A stretch of 64,000 bases of DNA, taken from Tortispora ganteri. Lineage: Eukaryota. Made by a program: the position numbers and the translations under genes. The notes under the pieces were generated by a model that saw only the letters and a program-made list of their open reading frames with translations, searched no databases and was not told the DNA's origin. Where the stretch lies: assembly GCA_003707115.1 (NCBI GenBank), contig PPNB01000031.1, positions 1 to 64,000 on the forward strand, given 5' to 3'. Every line of letters starts with the position of its first letter. The stretch's first letter is position 1. This document shows, in pieces, positions 61,906 to 64,000 of this stretch.

Positions 61906-62418
61906 TAATGTATAAAGTGAATTCCCAAGTATGTGATTGGGTGTCAAGTTTGTGGTTTTCTACACAGAAGTTGGTTGTTATGCCAACATAACGTGTTAAT
62001 TTAATTCATCCGCGCGCACGATAAACATATACTTACAATTAATACCTACTCGTGGCGTTTTTAAATGTAAAATGATCTTTTATTTATTAGAAACGGATTA
62101 TTAGAAGACATAAAATTGTAAATGGTTGTTTATGGCTCGTGGTTAACATTAGTGTAGCCACAGATAGCAGTGTAGCTGTATACGGTTGATCCATTGCAAA
62201 CTGGTCAAAGTTGACGTGAAACTGACTGACCTCGCTTTAGTCTACAGCTAGCATGGTACTTTGCCTATTCTGTACCCATGTGTGACGTATATTTGCTGCA
62301 TATTGAAATTATCGCTAAATGTTCGTACATACGCTACCCTTTTAAGGTTGAGGTACCTTGTTGGTCCGCACTCCTAACAAAACTATATAAGACCGAACAC
62401 AATTGCGACAGCACCAGC

Positions 62419-63570
62419 TTAGTCAGAGCACTTGAGTACGACTCGGCCCACAATTTTACCCTGTTGCATTTCGCGGAACACAGTATCGAGCTCGTTAAGC
62501 GGGCGGATCTCAATCGGCACCTTAACAAGTCCCCTGGCAAAGAAGTCAATGGCCTCGTCAGTATCAGCACGGTTGCCAACATATGAACCTTTAATACTGA
62601 TCGATCTCACGACCTGATCAAAAACGTCAGCAGATATCTTTGCATCTGGAGGAAGTCCAACGACAACAACAGTACCCATAGGACGAACATATTTTACAGA
62701 GGCATTCAGAGGTCCACTGGAAGCAGAAAGGTTAAGTACAGCGTGTGATCCTCCTTCGGTGTAATCGAGAACGTCTTGAACAATATCCTTAGACTTAGTG
62801 AAGTCAACAAAATGTTCACCGCCGAGCTTCTTGACAAGAGCAGCTTTTTCATCACCTCCATCGATTCCAATGGGTCTGAGACCCATGGCCTTGGCGTATT
62901 GAATAGCCAAAGAACCAAGCCCTCCTCCGGCACCAACAACGGTGACAAACTCACCAGGGCGAGCACCAGATGTCTTCAAAGCCTTGTATACGGTAATACC
63001 GGCGCATAGAATAGGAGCGATCTCAGCTAGATCGCAAGATTTGGGAATAGGAGCAGCGTGAACAGCTTTGGCAATGGCGTACTGCTGAAAAGAACCGTCA
63101 ACCGTATAACCAGACAATATAGCATCTGCACAGTTTGATTCCCCTCCATGTTTGCAATACTCGCAGCTAAGGCACGAGCCGTTGAGCCATTTGATACCAG
63201 CATAATCCCCAAGTTGGAAGTTGGTGACCAAATCGCCAGCAGCAACAACAACCCCTGCACCTTCGTGACCTCCGACCAAAGGAAGTTTGGTATCAAGAGG
63301 CCAATCACCATGCCAAGCGTGCAAATCAGTGTGGCATACACCTGAGTACTTGACATTTATCAAAATCTCATCAGGACCAGGAGTAGGAACTGGAATATCA
63401 CGATATTCGAGAGGGCCGTTGGGCTTATCGAAGACCATTGCCTTCTGCATCTTTGGAATGTTTGGCAACTCATGAATTTGACGTATCGCTTGTGATGCAA
63501 CCATGGGTGAAGCTTTGAGTGTAGGGAAAACTGGAGCTTTAAAAACCCGCAAAACTTTTGTTTTAAGCAT
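62419..63570 (-). CDS. Zn-dependent alcohol dehydrogenase with mitochondrial presequence (Adh3-like)
   Basis: [14 protein letters not shown], structural Zn cysteines, GAGGGLG; basic N-terminal extension; further in-frame ATGs at 63612 and 63504. Confidence 0.93.
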   Translation of the reverse strand: MLKTKVLRVFKAPVFPTLKASPMVASQAIRQIHELPNIPKMQKAMVFDKPNGPLEYRDIPVPTPGPDEILINVKYSGVCHTDLHAWHGDWPLDTKLPLVGGHEGAGVVVAAGDLVTNFQLGDYAGIKWLNGSCLSCEYCKHGGESNCADAILSGYTVDGSFQQYAIAKAVHAAPIPKSCDLAEIAPILCAGITVYKALKTSGARPGEFVTVVGAGGGLGSLAIQYAKAMGLRPIGIDGGDEKAALVKKLGGEHFVDFTKSKDIVQDVLDYTEGGSHAVLNLSASSGPLNASVKYVRPMGTVVVVGLPPDAKISADVFDQVVRSISIKGSYVGNRADTDEAIDFFARGLVKVPIEIRPLNELDTVFREMQQGKIVGRVVLKCSD

Positions 63571-64000
63571 TGTTGAGAGAAAGAAATGCCAAGTATCAAA
63601 GTTAGTGGACATTCCGATCTCGGCTTAAAGTTATTCCTTATTTGGGGTTGTTATAACAACAATAGATGGCTTGGAAGTATAAAGATATTACGCGAGACTA
63701 TTTTTGGGTGGGTAATATTTACATTTTAGTGACATTTTGACAGCGAGCGCATATTTTCATTACTACCATTTATCGCGATTGTGGAATCAGTTACTTGTTC
63801 TATGCCAAGCCAATGATCAGGTCATGTTGGGAGCACAATACAGCATGGGTTCCACCTGTGACAGTTACCAATAAATGTCCATTGTGGTGCACGGTGTTGT
63901 ATGCGCCATTGAAACCTTTAAGTTTATACAATTTCTAAACCTAAGGTTGAGGTCACATTGGAGCTCTGTACTAGGCTAATGACAGTATCATTGGTGTGCG

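Overview
Gene-dense, almost intron-free eukaryotic DNA from an ascomycete budding yeast outside the Saccharomycetaceae. Evidence: complex I subunit NDUFV2, DPM3 and an ADAM protease are present, and CTG falls at conserved Leu positions. The species cannot be fixed from sequence alone. About 40 protein genes are mostly housekeeping (NPA3 partial, RRP3, RIB5, VPS36, SME1, MTR10, SET3, LYS20/21, FOL3, RRP12, YIP1, SRM1, ATP5, MOB1, CYC8, ACS, MNN11, SIF2, POS5, RPL18, ISU1, SWE1, VAC7, RFA1, ADH), and many spacers are under 100 bp. I found no tRNA, rRNA, transposon or CRISPR array, and no convincing novel multi-gene system. Best leads: (1) an RRM-only gene missed by the ORF track, split by a 36-nt stop-containing intron and starting 29 bp from a SNF2 ATPase gene; (2) a ~180-nt multi-hairpin element downstream of RPL18 (candidate ncRNA); (3) an unusually diverged RFA1; (4) an orphan membrane protein with Gly-X-Thr repeats; (5) a full-length ADAM protease; (6) readable regulatory code (TTACCCGGC in four divergent promoters, Homol-D/Tbf1/Cbf1 at RPL18, CSRE/CreA plus a 5'-UTR intron at ACS). 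Homology calls are from recognised motifs; no searches were run.
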